Source: a virus
DNA: 64,000 nucleotides
Virus record (IMG/VR): IMGVR_UViG_3300021197_001898
Direction: 5' to 3' (one strand)
This document shows, piece after piece, positions 1 to 8,214 of this stretch. Under the pieces are notes generated by a model. That model was not told the origin of the DNA. It saw only the letters and a program-made list of their open reading frames with translations, and made no database searches. How positions within the stretch are numbered: position 1 is the stretch's first letter; each line of letters starts with the position of its first letter. The translations under genes and the position numbers were made by a program.

Positions 1-1204
1 AGACATATAAGTGTACTATTCCAATCTTCTCAAGCTCTGTTATTACAGACCTCTGCAGTCTTTGTATGGTTCTCGCGAATCTAATATCTTTTTGTGCAAG
101 AGTCGTCTTGTCCTCTGACGCGCCTTCTATCTGTGAAAGGTAAGATGGTGGGACCTTAAGGGCAGAGAATAACTTGTCTCTTAAGTACTTAACATCATCG
201 ATATCACCAGTGTATGTGCCGCCAGGAAGACTTTCAACCTTTGAGGAAGCTTGGCCCCTCATAGGAATAAAATAGTCCTCATCTACAGACATTGGGTTAT
301 ACCTTAAATCGACGCGGCCAGTTGAAGGGTCCACAACTTGGTTTCTCTTCATCTGCGTCATAACTTTTTGCATATACTGCTCAACATCCTGTGGAGGTAT
401 TGCGCCGACGTCGATATAAAATACTCGCCGCTCTGGAGAACGGACAATACGATAAGCCATCATCGCGTCTTCGAGAAGGGTAAGTTGTCGCCAGATTCTT
501 CGAGCTGGCTCCAAAGCGGAAGTTCCGTATGGAGCGTGCTTGTCGTTCCCTAAGATTCTAAAGTGTGCCATTTGCCAGTTTTCAAAAGTCATTCCGGCAG
601 AGTTCCACTGATACTGTACGTAATTCGGATTTGTCTTATCTTCGCCCTCTAGCCTTTCGACCTCTTGCGTGGGAAGGCCGATGACGCTCTGGATACCTAT
701 AGTCTCGTCAATATCCAAGTAGAGAAAAAAGTCTCCATACTTACACATGGTCCTAGACCATCCGAATAAGTTAAACTCTAGATTCATTATGTTGTGATAA
801 AGAGAATCTAAAATATGTTTAATCTCATCGTTGGGGCAATCAATAGTAAGAAGGGGTTGCAAGTTTGATGACGTTGTCATCTCATCTGCGTATATATCCA
901 GCGCAGAAGCGATCTCTGGTGTGTACTCCATTTGATCAAAGTCAACATACCTCTCCAGTCTGTTTTGGTTTTGCATGACGCTAGCCATAAGATTGTCGAA
1001 AGGATTGTATTCTGTCTTCTTGAACTGCTGACCACTAGCAGAGCGAAAGCGGCGGGCATATTTATCTAGCTGGCGGCGTCGGAGCCTTCTTGCTGTTTGG
1101 GTCCTGTGAGTAACGAGAGGCCCAGAAAGAAGTTTTGTTAACTTCTGAAAGAGTGCGTTCTCAGGATTTCTTGGGTTCTGCGTATTTTTATTCTTGTTTG
1201 CCAT
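1..1204 (-). CDS. Portal protein, T4 gp20-like (partial; runs off the left edge, absent from ORF track)
   Basis: Hand translation from ATG at 1204: MANKNKNTQNPRNPENALFQKLTKLLSG...YVDFDQMEYTPEIASALDIYADE...RTMCKYGDFFLYL...YGTSALEPARRIWRQLTLLEDAMMAYRIVRSPERRVFYIDVGAIPPQDVEQYM...EDYFIPMRG...LPGG...DDVKYLRDKLFSALKVP...KDIRFARTIQRLQ. The frame is open to position 2. These are classic gp20 family motifs. Confidence 0.95.
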   Translation of the reverse strand, partial: MANKNKNTQNPRNPENALFQKLTKLLSGPLVTHRTQTARRLRRRQLDKYARRFRSASGQQFKKTEYNPFDNLMASVMQNQNRLERYVDFDQMEYTPEIASALDIYADEMTTSSNLQPLLTIDCPNDEIKHILDSLYHNIMNLEFNLFGWSRTMCKYGDFFLYLDIDETIGIQSVIGLPTQEVERLEGEDKTNPNYVQYQWNSAGMTFENWQMAHFRILGNDKHAPYGTSALEPARRIWRQLTLLEDAMMAYRIVRSPERRVFYIDVGAIPPQDVEQYMQKVMTQMKRNQVVDPSTGRVDLRYNPMSVDEDYFIPMRGQASSKVESLPGGTYTGDIDDVKYLRDKLFSALKVPPSYLSQIEGASEDKTTLAQKDIRFARTIQRLQRSVITELEKIGIVHLYV

Positions 1205-1210
1205 TGTTTT

Positions 1211-2797
1211 TTATCCCTTAAAGAGCCACGGAAATTGCTCGTAATCAGACTGCGTCTTTTGCATTTTATCAAATATGCTGTTATTTTTATAGGTATTTTG
1301 ACCAGGCATTGTAGTATCTAGTCTCGAATTGGTTATTATCATCGAATCTAGGCAAGCTCGCTTGTACTCTACGTTTCTCTGATTCTCTACCAAAGCTGTG
1401 TCCCTTATCCAGCAGCCTATTGAGCAAGCCATAACTAAATCGTCGTTGTAGCTTCTCATTGCCTCTGGTTTTCCATTATTCCATATAAAAGTCTTCATTT
1501 CATTTAGAAGACGAGAAGAATATACCTTAATTAGTTTGTTTCTTACGAATTCCTCCATCTTCGCTATAACTAATGGCCTCGTCTTGGAAGACGTGGTAAA
1601 ACCAGCGATGGCGTTAGATTGAGATTCTGCTTGAATTTGGTCTACGTATTCATGAGTTGACTTTATAGAGTGGTAAATATTGGGATAGTTTCTCTCTCGA
1701 AGCTTTTCCAAAACTGAATATCCTACAGAGTTGTTCTCCACCACCAACATACAGTTTCCATACTCTCTACCAGCGTTGGACAATATATCAGAAAATACAT
1801 CAGGAGTAACCTTCCCCTGGTATTCTGCCACAATCTCCATTGTTGCTAGATTAAAGACGTGGAATACAGAGTAGTCCTTGCCGTCTCCGCGTGCGACGTC
1901 TGCAGATATCATATAATCAGAACCAGAGGTGTACTCTTGCCATATCCAATAGTTCCTGTCAAATCCAGTCCTGTACTTCGGTTCCACTATCTCATTTTCT
2001 ATCCAGGCGATATGTTCTCCGTGAAATACGGTTTCGCCTGACATATTAAAATTACATTCTAGCTCTTGTGCGATTTCGCGGCGGGACATATTTCTTGTCT
2101 CTTTCGCGAACCAGTCCTTGTCTCTATCTGGGTGTCGGTCCCAAGGGAGCTTTGTTGAGTAGAAATCATTAGTGCGTTGTTCCGCTTCTGTGTAGATCTT
2201 ATGAAACCAGTTACCAACGCCGTTGGGTGTAGACAGTGCGATGCAGCGACCACCTGTAGAGAGAGTAGGATACAGGCCCATCCACAAATCATCCAAACCT
2301 TCGACGTGCGCGGCCTCGTCAATAACCAAAAGAGACAGTGCCTCAGAGCGGCCTGCGTCGCCAGAAGTAGAAGACGCCTTAATCTGAGAACCGTTAGAAA
2401 GTTCGAAAGATGTTCTGTTGTCGATTGTAACGTGTGCTATCTGCAGCCACTCAGGAATGTTCTTTAGTATATTCTTTACTTTCTTTACTAAGTTCGAAGC
2501 TGTTCCAAACTTGGTTGCGATAACCAACACGTTCTTTTCTCTGTGAAAAAGCATCAGCCACACAACATAAGCTGCGGATATAGTAGATATACCAAGCTGA
2601 CGGGCCTTCAGAATTACATTGAAGCGGTGATCGGTGAAGTCCGTAACCAGATCCTTCTGAAAGTCATAAAGATGAAAAGGGATTAGTCCTCTTTGTGGGT
2701 GGGTTATCCTAGCATAGTTATTAATAAAATAAACGGGCTCCTTGCCACACTTGAGGATCTCTTTCATTATCTCTTTTTTGGATAATTTAAAAGACAT
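1211..2797 (-). CDS. terL: Terminase large subunit, T4 gp17-like
   Basis: LYDFQ Q-motif, ILKARQLGIST Walker A, LLVIDEAAH Walker B, ALSTPNG coupling motif, and a nuclease domain with SADVARGDGKDYS and YNDDLVMA. Confidence 0.96.
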   Translation of the reverse strand: MSFKLSKKEIMKEILKCGKEPVYFINNYARITHPQRGLIPFHLYDFQKDLVTDFTDHRFNVILKARQLGISTISAAYVVWLMLFHREKNVLVIATKFGTASNLVKKVKNILKNIPEWLQIAHVTIDNRTSFELSNGSQIKASSTSGDAGRSEALSLLVIDEAAHVEGLDDLWMGLYPTLSTGGRCIALSTPNGVGNWFHKIYTEAEQRTNDFYSTKLPWDRHPDRDKDWFAKETRNMSRREIAQELECNFNMSGETVFHGEHIAWIENEIVEPKYRTGFDRNYWIWQEYTSGSDYMISADVARGDGKDYSVFHVFNLATMEIVAEYQGKVTPDVFSDILSNAGREYGNCMLVVENNSVGYSVLEKLRERNYPNIYHSIKSTHEYVDQIQAESQSNAIAGFTTSSKTRPLVIAKMEEFVRNKLIKVYSSRLLNEMKTFIWNNGKPEAMRSYNDDLVMACSIGCWIRDTALVENQRNVEYKRACLDSMIITNSRLDTTMPGQNTYKNNSIFDKMQKTQSDYEQFPWLFKG

Positions 2798-2799
2798 TC

Positions 2800-3390
2800 T
2801 TATTTCAAATCTGTGTTTCTTTGTCCCGATACCAAGTTGAATGGGTCGAAGGGCTTATAGTTGTCACTTTTAGCTTTCGAGTTCTGTGGGTCTTTGGTGT
2901 CGGCGCCAAGCTCAAGGAACTTCTTGAAAGTATCTTCCAAGCGGTCCTTTGACTCTTCTGCGTTTTCGTCTGCGTCAGCGCCGCCGATCTTGAACGTCTT
3001 CTTCGCCGTTACAGTGCTTCTAATGCCGGATATTCTAGTAGCGAACACCTCGACCTCATCGACTGCAGACAAGGAGAGCGAACTTCCTGTAAGCTTTTTA
3101 TATTCCTTTTTCAAGAACTTGACAATATCACCGAGCATGGAATCCATATCAGACTCAAAACCGCTGTTGTGCAACTCCTTGAGCTTCACGTCCGTCTGAT
3201 AGGAAACTATAAGATTGTCTCCTCCAAACCTCACAGAGAAGCCGTCCATCACTCTAGAGTCAACTAGAGGGTTTCCTTCTTCTCTTTTAAGACCTGCTTT
3301 TACAGGGTTTCCTTCCTCATCGAGGGCGCCGTCGTACGTGTTCGAGAGCACCTGAGAGATACCGTTAATAATTTCTAGTGTAGTAGCCAT
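2800..3390 (-). CDS. Hypothetical protein (probably late-expressed), directly upstream of terL
   Basis: 196-aa ORF with GAGGA RBS and an upstream CTATTTA motif; no recognisable domain. Confidence 0.75.
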   Translation of the reverse strand: MATTLEIINGISQVLSNTYDGALDEEGNPVKAGLKREEGNPLVDSRVMDGFSVRFGGDNLIVSYQTDVKLKELHNSGFESDMDSMLGDIVKFLKKEYKKLTGSSLSLSAVDEVEVFATRISGIRSTVTAKKTFKIGGADADENAEESKDRLEDTFKKFLELGADTKDPQNSKAKSDNYKPFDPFNLVSGQRNTDLK

Positions 3391-3413
3391 TTAAAATCCT
3401 CACTTTATAAATA

Positions 3414-3420
3414 TAAATAG
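3414..3420 (-). promoter_or_regulatory. Candidate phage late-promoter motif CTATTTA (in ACTATTTATA)
   Basis: Lies in the 35-nt gap about 24 nt upstream of the 3390 start; the same CTAHTTA core recurs at four other gene starts. Confidence 0.5.
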
Positions 3421-3425
3421 TCTTG

Positions 3426-3818
3426 CTATTTCATAATTGCCATAGTATTCTTGCCTGGGCGCCATCCCTCGGACCAGCGCTCCTCTCTACCTTCAACAAA
3501 CTGGATATAACAGTCGAAACAACAAGTAAACTTATTCATATATAGGTCGTCTTTGCCATCAAAAGAGTATTTCTCACAAACTGGGCAGTCCCTGTTTGAC
3601 TTTCTTTCCAGAAGGGCTCTAGAGATATAGATGTCTCCAACCTTATCCTTCGACCCTTTTTCTTTCTCTCTGCTGTAAAACTCTTTTAGGTCCTCAAGGT
3701 ATCTCTCTTCCTTCTCTTTGTTCCAGAGCTTTCTAGGGTTCTGGATAGCTTCTTCTCCGTACTTCTCTTGTATCGCTCTTTCAACTTTTACTATGTAATC
3801 GAAATCTTTATCGCTCAT
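3426..3818 (-). CDS. Hypothetical protein with Cys-rich putative Zn-binding C-terminus
   Basis: CPVC...CCFDC motif; ATGA-type overlap with the upstream gene. Confidence 0.7.
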   Translation of the reverse strand: MSDKDFDYIVKVERAIQEKYGEEAIQNPRKLWNKEKEERYLEDLKEFYSREKEKGSKDKVGDIYISRALLERKSNRDCPVCEKYSFDGKDDLYMNKFTCCFDCYIQFVEGREERWSEGWRPGKNTMAIMK

Positions 3819-4267
3819 TCAATAGACAAGAAGATGGCTGCTGCTGTCACCACTCCGGCGCTGAACCCTCCGAGAGCCCACCAATGCCAATACTCATTGG
3901 GTCTCTTTAGCGCTGCCTCTTCTAGCTCCTTTATTTCTGTGTTCTTAATCAAAAGAATTTCATCGTTCTGCTTCTTTAGTGTATCATATCTTATGTTCAA
4001 TTTTCCTATATCTAGATCAAATTTAGCTTTTTGTAGGCTTAGCTTTCTTTCAATCTCCAAGTCACAGCCAGCTTTAAAGTTCTCTAAAGTAGAAAAGATA
4101 GTAGCTGCAGCTATGTTGTCGAAACACCAGGCTTCAAAAGGTGATGGTTCGCCCGGACTTAGTTTCGCATATCTCCCCTTTGGCTGCTCTTGAGCAAGAA
4201 CCTGAGTAGAAAAACTAGTCAGTGTAAGTAAAACCAAAAGCGTCTTCAATCTTCTTTTTAATCTCAT
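3815..4267 (-). CDS. Exported coiled-coil protein with C-terminal hydrophobic helix; spanin-partner candidate
   Basis: Signal peptide MRLKRRLKTLLVLLTLTSFSTQVLA|Q, central coiled coil and C-terminal YWHWWALGGFSAGVVTAAAIFL. The start lies 53 nt inside the upstream gene, preceded by AAGGA. Confidence 0.55.
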   Translation of the reverse strand: MRLKRRLKTLLVLLTLTSFSTQVLAQEQPKGRYAKLSPGEPSPFEAWCFDNIAAATIFSTLENFKAGCDLEIERKLSLQKAKFDLDIGKLNIRYDTLKKQNDEILLIKNTEIKELEEAALKRPNEYWHWWALGGFSAGVVTAAAIFLSIE

Positions 4268-4622
4268 CTGGATTTCCTTTCGAATCTATGACAAATTTCT
4301 TTATGTCTTCTTGTTGTTTCTTTGTTATTTTAAGCTTTCCAAGCTTCCACTCCTCTTCTATCTTTTTTATGGTGTCGTTATATTGATCAAGAAGCTTATC
4401 TCTCCTGAGAAGCTCATCAGCGTGAGTCTCGTTGATAACTTTTATCTGCTTTTCATATGATTCCTTTTTTGCTTCTAGAACCTCGATGATAGCGTCAGAG
4501 TTTCTTCGCGTCAATACCCACACTACAATTGTCCATATTAATAAGAATGGTACTTGCCAGTGAGTTTTAAGCCAGGCCCAAGCAGTCTTGATCTTTACTA
4601 AACTAAGCATCGCCGGGTCCAT
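4215..4622 (-). CDS. N-terminal TM plus coiled-coil protein; i-spanin (Rz-like) candidate (start may be ATG at 4610)
   Basis: Single TM WQVPFLLIWTIVVWVL followed by about 90 aa of charged heptad-like sequence; lies between a holin-like gene and an overlapping exported protein. Confidence 0.55.
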   Translation of the reverse strand: MDPAMLSLVKIKTAWAWLKTHWQVPFLLIWTIVVWVLTRRNSDAIIEVLEAKKESYEKQIKVINETHADELLRRDKLLDQYNDTIKKIEEEWKLGKLKITKKQQEDIKKFVIDSKGNPDEIKKKIEDAFGFTYTD

Positions 4623-4809
4623 GCTTCCACTTCACAGCCATATCGACAAGTGCTTGTGTGCCAATATATGCCAAGGTGATCGCCGTCCAGTTATCGCTTG
4701 TGACAGTTCCATATGCGCAAAGTCCCGTAGCAGTTATCCATGCTAAAAACTTTCTCGATATGAACTTCTCTGTGTACTTGTCTGTAAATGCTTTTATCTC
4801 CGCCACCAT
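4603..4809 (-). CDS. Small two-TM membrane protein, holin-like
   Basis: 68 aa: SRKFLAWITATGLCAYG...WTAITLAYIGTQALVD followed by a basic tail KWKH; strong GGAGG RBS. Confidence 0.6.
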   Translation of the reverse strand: MVAEIKAFTDKYTEKFISRKFLAWITATGLCAYGTVTSDNWTAITLAYIGTQALVDMAVKWKHGPGDA

Positions 4810-4817
4810 ATGTCCTC

Positions 4818-7800
4818 CTATATGTTTACGTGGGCGTAGCCATTCTTTCTCTCAATACTTATCTGCATATCTACACAGTCCTTGAGAGTGTCTAGGTGAG
4901 AAATAAGCAATACAGTTTTAAAGTATCCCTTTACCATATCCAGGATTCTTGTAAACCCTTCCATGTTTTCCTCGTCTAGAGCAGTGCCTGGCTCGTCTAG
5001 TATAAATAGGTCCGACTTTGGTAAACTGGACACTGTTAAAAAGGCTAATCGAATTGCCATCGAAGCAATCGTCTTTTCCGCACCCGATCCCATCTCTAGA
5101 GGACGAGGATCATGCTTTGGGTGTTTAATAAAGATGTCTAGCTTCTTATCTTCGTTCTGAATAAAGATCTCAAACTCTACGATGTTAGTTAATACCTTTG
5201 CGATCTCTTGGTTGATGATCGGCAGACGCTCCTTAATAATGTCATAGGAGATGCCGTTCGGATGACTGCAAGTCATAAGCAAATCATATGCTGCAAAATC
5301 TGTTGCAAGAATCTCATACTCTTCTTTTTGCTCGCCGAGAGACTTTAGTTTCTCCTCGTAAGACCCGTGAGACTTGTGAAAGTTAAGCATATCATCGTGA
5401 CATCCTTTATATTCCTTGTCCTTTTCGCTGAAGAGCTTCTTCAGCTGTGTACGGTTCTCCATCAGTAGCTCCAAATTCTCAATTGCCTCTCTGTTCTTTT
5501 CGTACTCCTCTTCCTTTTCTAAAAGCTCCTTCAGCGCGAGATTAGTCTTAAGGACCGACGTCTTTGTTTTCGCTATGGAAACCTTTGCTTCCGACAGTGC
5601 ATTGGCAGTCGTATTCTTCTTTTCTAGAAGTTGGTCATATTTTGAAATATAGTCCTCTATCTTCTTATAGTCAATTGCCTGTATGTCCACGCCAACCTCT
5701 CGGATGTTGCGAGACAGGTCGGCGATATGACCCTCGGAAATATCAATAAGGCTGATTGAATCGTACGCATCCTTTATGAACTTACAGTGGGAATACTCAG
5801 ACCCGCAAGGCACTTCTTGTAAGAGCCTTTCCTTGTTGCGGAATTCGTCTAGCTTTTCCGACTCCTCTCTCAAGTCACGAATAAAGGCGGCTAACATATC
5901 ATCTTTTTCATCGAAAGTGCTCTTCTGATCTAAGCAGTCTTCGATGTCGAAGTCACTCATGAACACGTCTATCTTTGAATAAAGTTCTTGCTTTTCCCTT
6001 AGTGTTTCCTCAAGGTCATCTCTCCTCTTCTCTAGAGTAGCGATGCGGCTTCGTTCCTTGTCTATGTTCTCTTTCAAGCTTGTGATGTCGATTATTTCTG
6101 CGGGAACAGAGTCGATCTTATCTTGTACAGAGGTGATCTCTTTTGTAAGGTCCGACATATCATCCTGGAGTGTTTCGCAAATAGCTTTATTTCTTACTAT
6201 CGCTATTTCACTTTCCATAATCTTCTTTTTCGCTTCCTCAATAAGAGAGTCATAATCTATATTCTCTAGTTTTTTAAGGGCACCCTTTGTCAATGCGCTG
6301 TCTTCTTTCGCCATCTTAAACTTCTTATCAAAGATCACAAGATCCAAAAACTTTGCCAGAATCTCTTTCCTCTTTGTAGAGCCCTCGTTAACAAAGCTAA
6401 GAGAATCCATTTGACTAGCCATTGAGGTGAGAAGAAAATCCTCCATCGATCCAAAATACTTTCTGATACTTTTATCCGTATCTTGTCTTGACGTTCCGTT
6501 CAAGCTTGTGTTGTTTCCTATCAAGTCGATAGAACTAAATTCAAGATCAGTTTTCGCCTCTAATGTCTCTTCACCCTTGAGCTTCTTTACATATTTTTCA
6601 GAAGAGCGCTCGATGACATAAGTCGTATCATTGATATCAATAGTGGCTCTTGCAACACAATCATCTTTGTTTTGGTTGATTATGTTTAAGTTTTTCCTTA
6701 TCGACTTCGATGTAGAGTTATACATTGAAAAAAGAAGGGAATCAACGATTGATGACTTACCAGAAAAGTTCTTTCCAAAAATGCCAACAATCCCCTCAAG
6801 CTTTGAAAAGTCTATTCTGTTCCCCTCTCCATAATTAAAAAGGTGATCCCACTCAAGAGTCTTCAGGCTCCAGCTTACGTTACGATAAGTGTCTTCACCA
6901 CGTTCGATCGTTGTATTGTACTTCGCGTTCAAGTCAAAGATTCGGCGCATCACGCTATCGGATACCTGAAAGTCTTTCAAGTAGTCTCTGATGAGAGTCT
7001 CTTGAGTCTTTATGTCTCTAAGGTCTTTCTTTTTCAGGCCCTCTGCAGACTCGACAGTTATCTTTTGACTCGCGGCGCGATTAAGATACGTGACCGATTC
7101 AGGATCATACTTATACTTAATTGCTGCGACAGCCTTTCTCATCTTGTCTAGCGAAACATTGCTATCTGACACAATGCGGAGACGGGCGCCTTCGGGTGGG
7201 TTGATGTTCTTTGGAAGGTCGCCTTTCCTTGTCAGTGGAATAGTGATGAACGGCTTGGGATTATCAAAAGCTATATGATCAACAGTAAAATCGTCTTTGC
7301 TGTCAATCTCCCAAAGCAGATATCCCTTGTCCAGTGACTCACCAAAGTTCTGCTGGACTGTAGAGCCAGCGTACCAGATTCTCTTTTCGGTATCTAGATG
7401 TTGCGTTTTGTGGATATCTCCGAGAAAAGCAAAATCAAAATTATCAAAAATACTAACATCATGGTCGCCTCCTAGCGTCCAGTTTAGATCTGTCTTCGAC
7501 TTATCAATTGCCCCGTGATAAAGTGCGATGTTGATCACATCTGTATCTGTGGGCTGTATCCAGTTTTCCTCATCGAAGACGGACAACACATTTAGACAAA
7601 ACTTTTCGTCTATGTTGACCTCTCCTGCATTCTTGATTAGATGCAGGTTGGGAGAATTTATTGCCCTAGCAATTGGCGACAGGGCATCTTGGCGGTCGCT
7701 GTTTCGTAGATTGCCATCATGATTACCAAGAATCACGTATGTCGGTGCAATGCTACTAAGGTTCTCGAAGAAGTCCCGACACATATCCACAAACTCTGGT

Positions 7801-7958
7801 GAGATTTGTGTTTTCGTATGTGCGATGTCTCCGCAATGAACAATATAGTCCACTTTGTTTTCTTTCAGCGACTTGTACAGCTGTTGAAAGACTTCATTAT
7901 ATTCATAATGATATTTAAGATTTCGAATGTGGGTATCCGCAATATGCGCGAACTTCAT
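4818..7958 (-). CDS. Fused Mre11/SbcD nuclease and Rad50/SbcC ATPase (T4 gp47-gp46 fusion)
   Basis: N-terminal metallophosphoesterase motifs ADTH, CGD, GNHD, HG and GDIHK. Then Walker A GKNFSGKSS, long coiled coils, signature MGSGAEK, Walker B LFILDEPGTALD and H-loop ISH, all in one uninterrupted 1046-aa ORF. Confidence 0.93.
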   Translation of the reverse strand: MKFAHIADTHIRNLKYHYEYNEVFQQLYKSLKENKVDYIVHCGDIAHTKTQISPEFVDMCRDFFENLSSIAPTYVILGNHDGNLRNSDRQDALSPIARAINSPNLHLIKNAGEVNIDEKFCLNVLSVFDEENWIQPTDTDVINIALYHGAIDKSKTDLNWTLGGDHDVSIFDNFDFAFLGDIHKTQHLDTEKRIWYAGSTVQQNFGESLDKGYLLWEIDSKDDFTVDHIAFDNPKPFITIPLTRKGDLPKNINPPEGARLRIVSDSNVSLDKMRKAVAAIKYKYDPESVTYLNRAASQKITVESAEGLKKKDLRDIKTQETLIRDYLKDFQVSDSVMRRIFDLNAKYNTTIERGEDTYRNVSWSLKTLEWDHLFNYGEGNRIDFSKLEGIVGIFGKNFSGKSSIVDSLLFSMYNSTSKSIRKNLNIINQNKDDCVARATIDINDTTYVIERSSEKYVKKLKGEETLEAKTDLEFSSIDLIGNNTSLNGTSRQDTDKSIRKYFGSMEDFLLTSMASQMDSLSFVNEGSTKRKEILAKFLDLVIFDKKFKMAKEDSALTKGALKKLENIDYDSLIEEAKKKIMESEIAIVRNKAICETLQDDMSDLTKEITSVQDKIDSVPAEIIDITSLKENIDKERSRIATLEKRRDDLEETLREKQELYSKIDVFMSDFDIEDCLDQKSTFDEKDDMLAAFIRDLREESEKLDEFRNKERLLQEVPCGSEYSHCKFIKDAYDSISLIDISEGHIADLSRNIREVGVDIQAIDYKKIEDYISKYDQLLEKKNTTANALSEAKVSIAKTKTSVLKTNLALKELLEKEEEYEKNREAIENLELLMENRTQLKKLFSEKDKEYKGCHDDMLNFHKSHGSYEEKLKSLGEQKEEYEILATDFAAYDLLMTCSHPNGISYDIIKERLPIINQEIAKVLTNIVEFEIFIQNEDKKLDIFIKHPKHDPRPLEMGSGAEKTIASMAIRLAFLTVSSLPKSDLFILDEPGTALDEENMEGFTRILDMVKGYFKTVLLISHLDTLKDCVDMQISIERKNGYAHVNI

Positions 7959-7984
7959 ATAACCTCCAAATTTACCTACTATAC

Positions 7985-8013
7985 ATTATAGTGCAATTTG
8001 TGGTTAACGTCAA
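7985..8013 (-). promoter_or_regulatory. Host sigma70-type promoter driving the Mre11-Rad50 fusion gene
   Basis: The minus strand reads TTGACG-17 nt-TATAAT, followed by a GGAGG RBS and ATG at 7958. Confidence 0.85.
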
Positions 8014-8201
8014 GCGTTTTCTTTGTTTAAGAATTGGATAAATTTTGTCAAGAAAACTTGTCTATCATTAACAGACAAAGTCTTGAATTCAGAAATGAGC
8101 AGGTCTGCCATTTCTTTGCCTTTGATTGCGGCAGTGGGGGAAGACATTCTGTCTACCTCTTCTTTGATGATTTCTTTTAGTCTACCTTTGGTAATTTCCA
8201 T
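8010..8201 (-). CDS. Small hypothetical protein with N-terminal MEITKGRLKEIIKEE motif
   Basis: 63-aa ORF with GGGAG RBS and upstream CTACTTA motif; fills the gap between the primase and Mre11-Rad50 genes. Confidence 0.75.
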   Translation of the reverse strand: MEITKGRLKEIIKEEVDRMSSPTAAIKGKEMADLLISEFKTLSVNDRQVFLTKFIQFLNKENA

Positions 8202-8214
8202 TTCGTAAGTCTCC

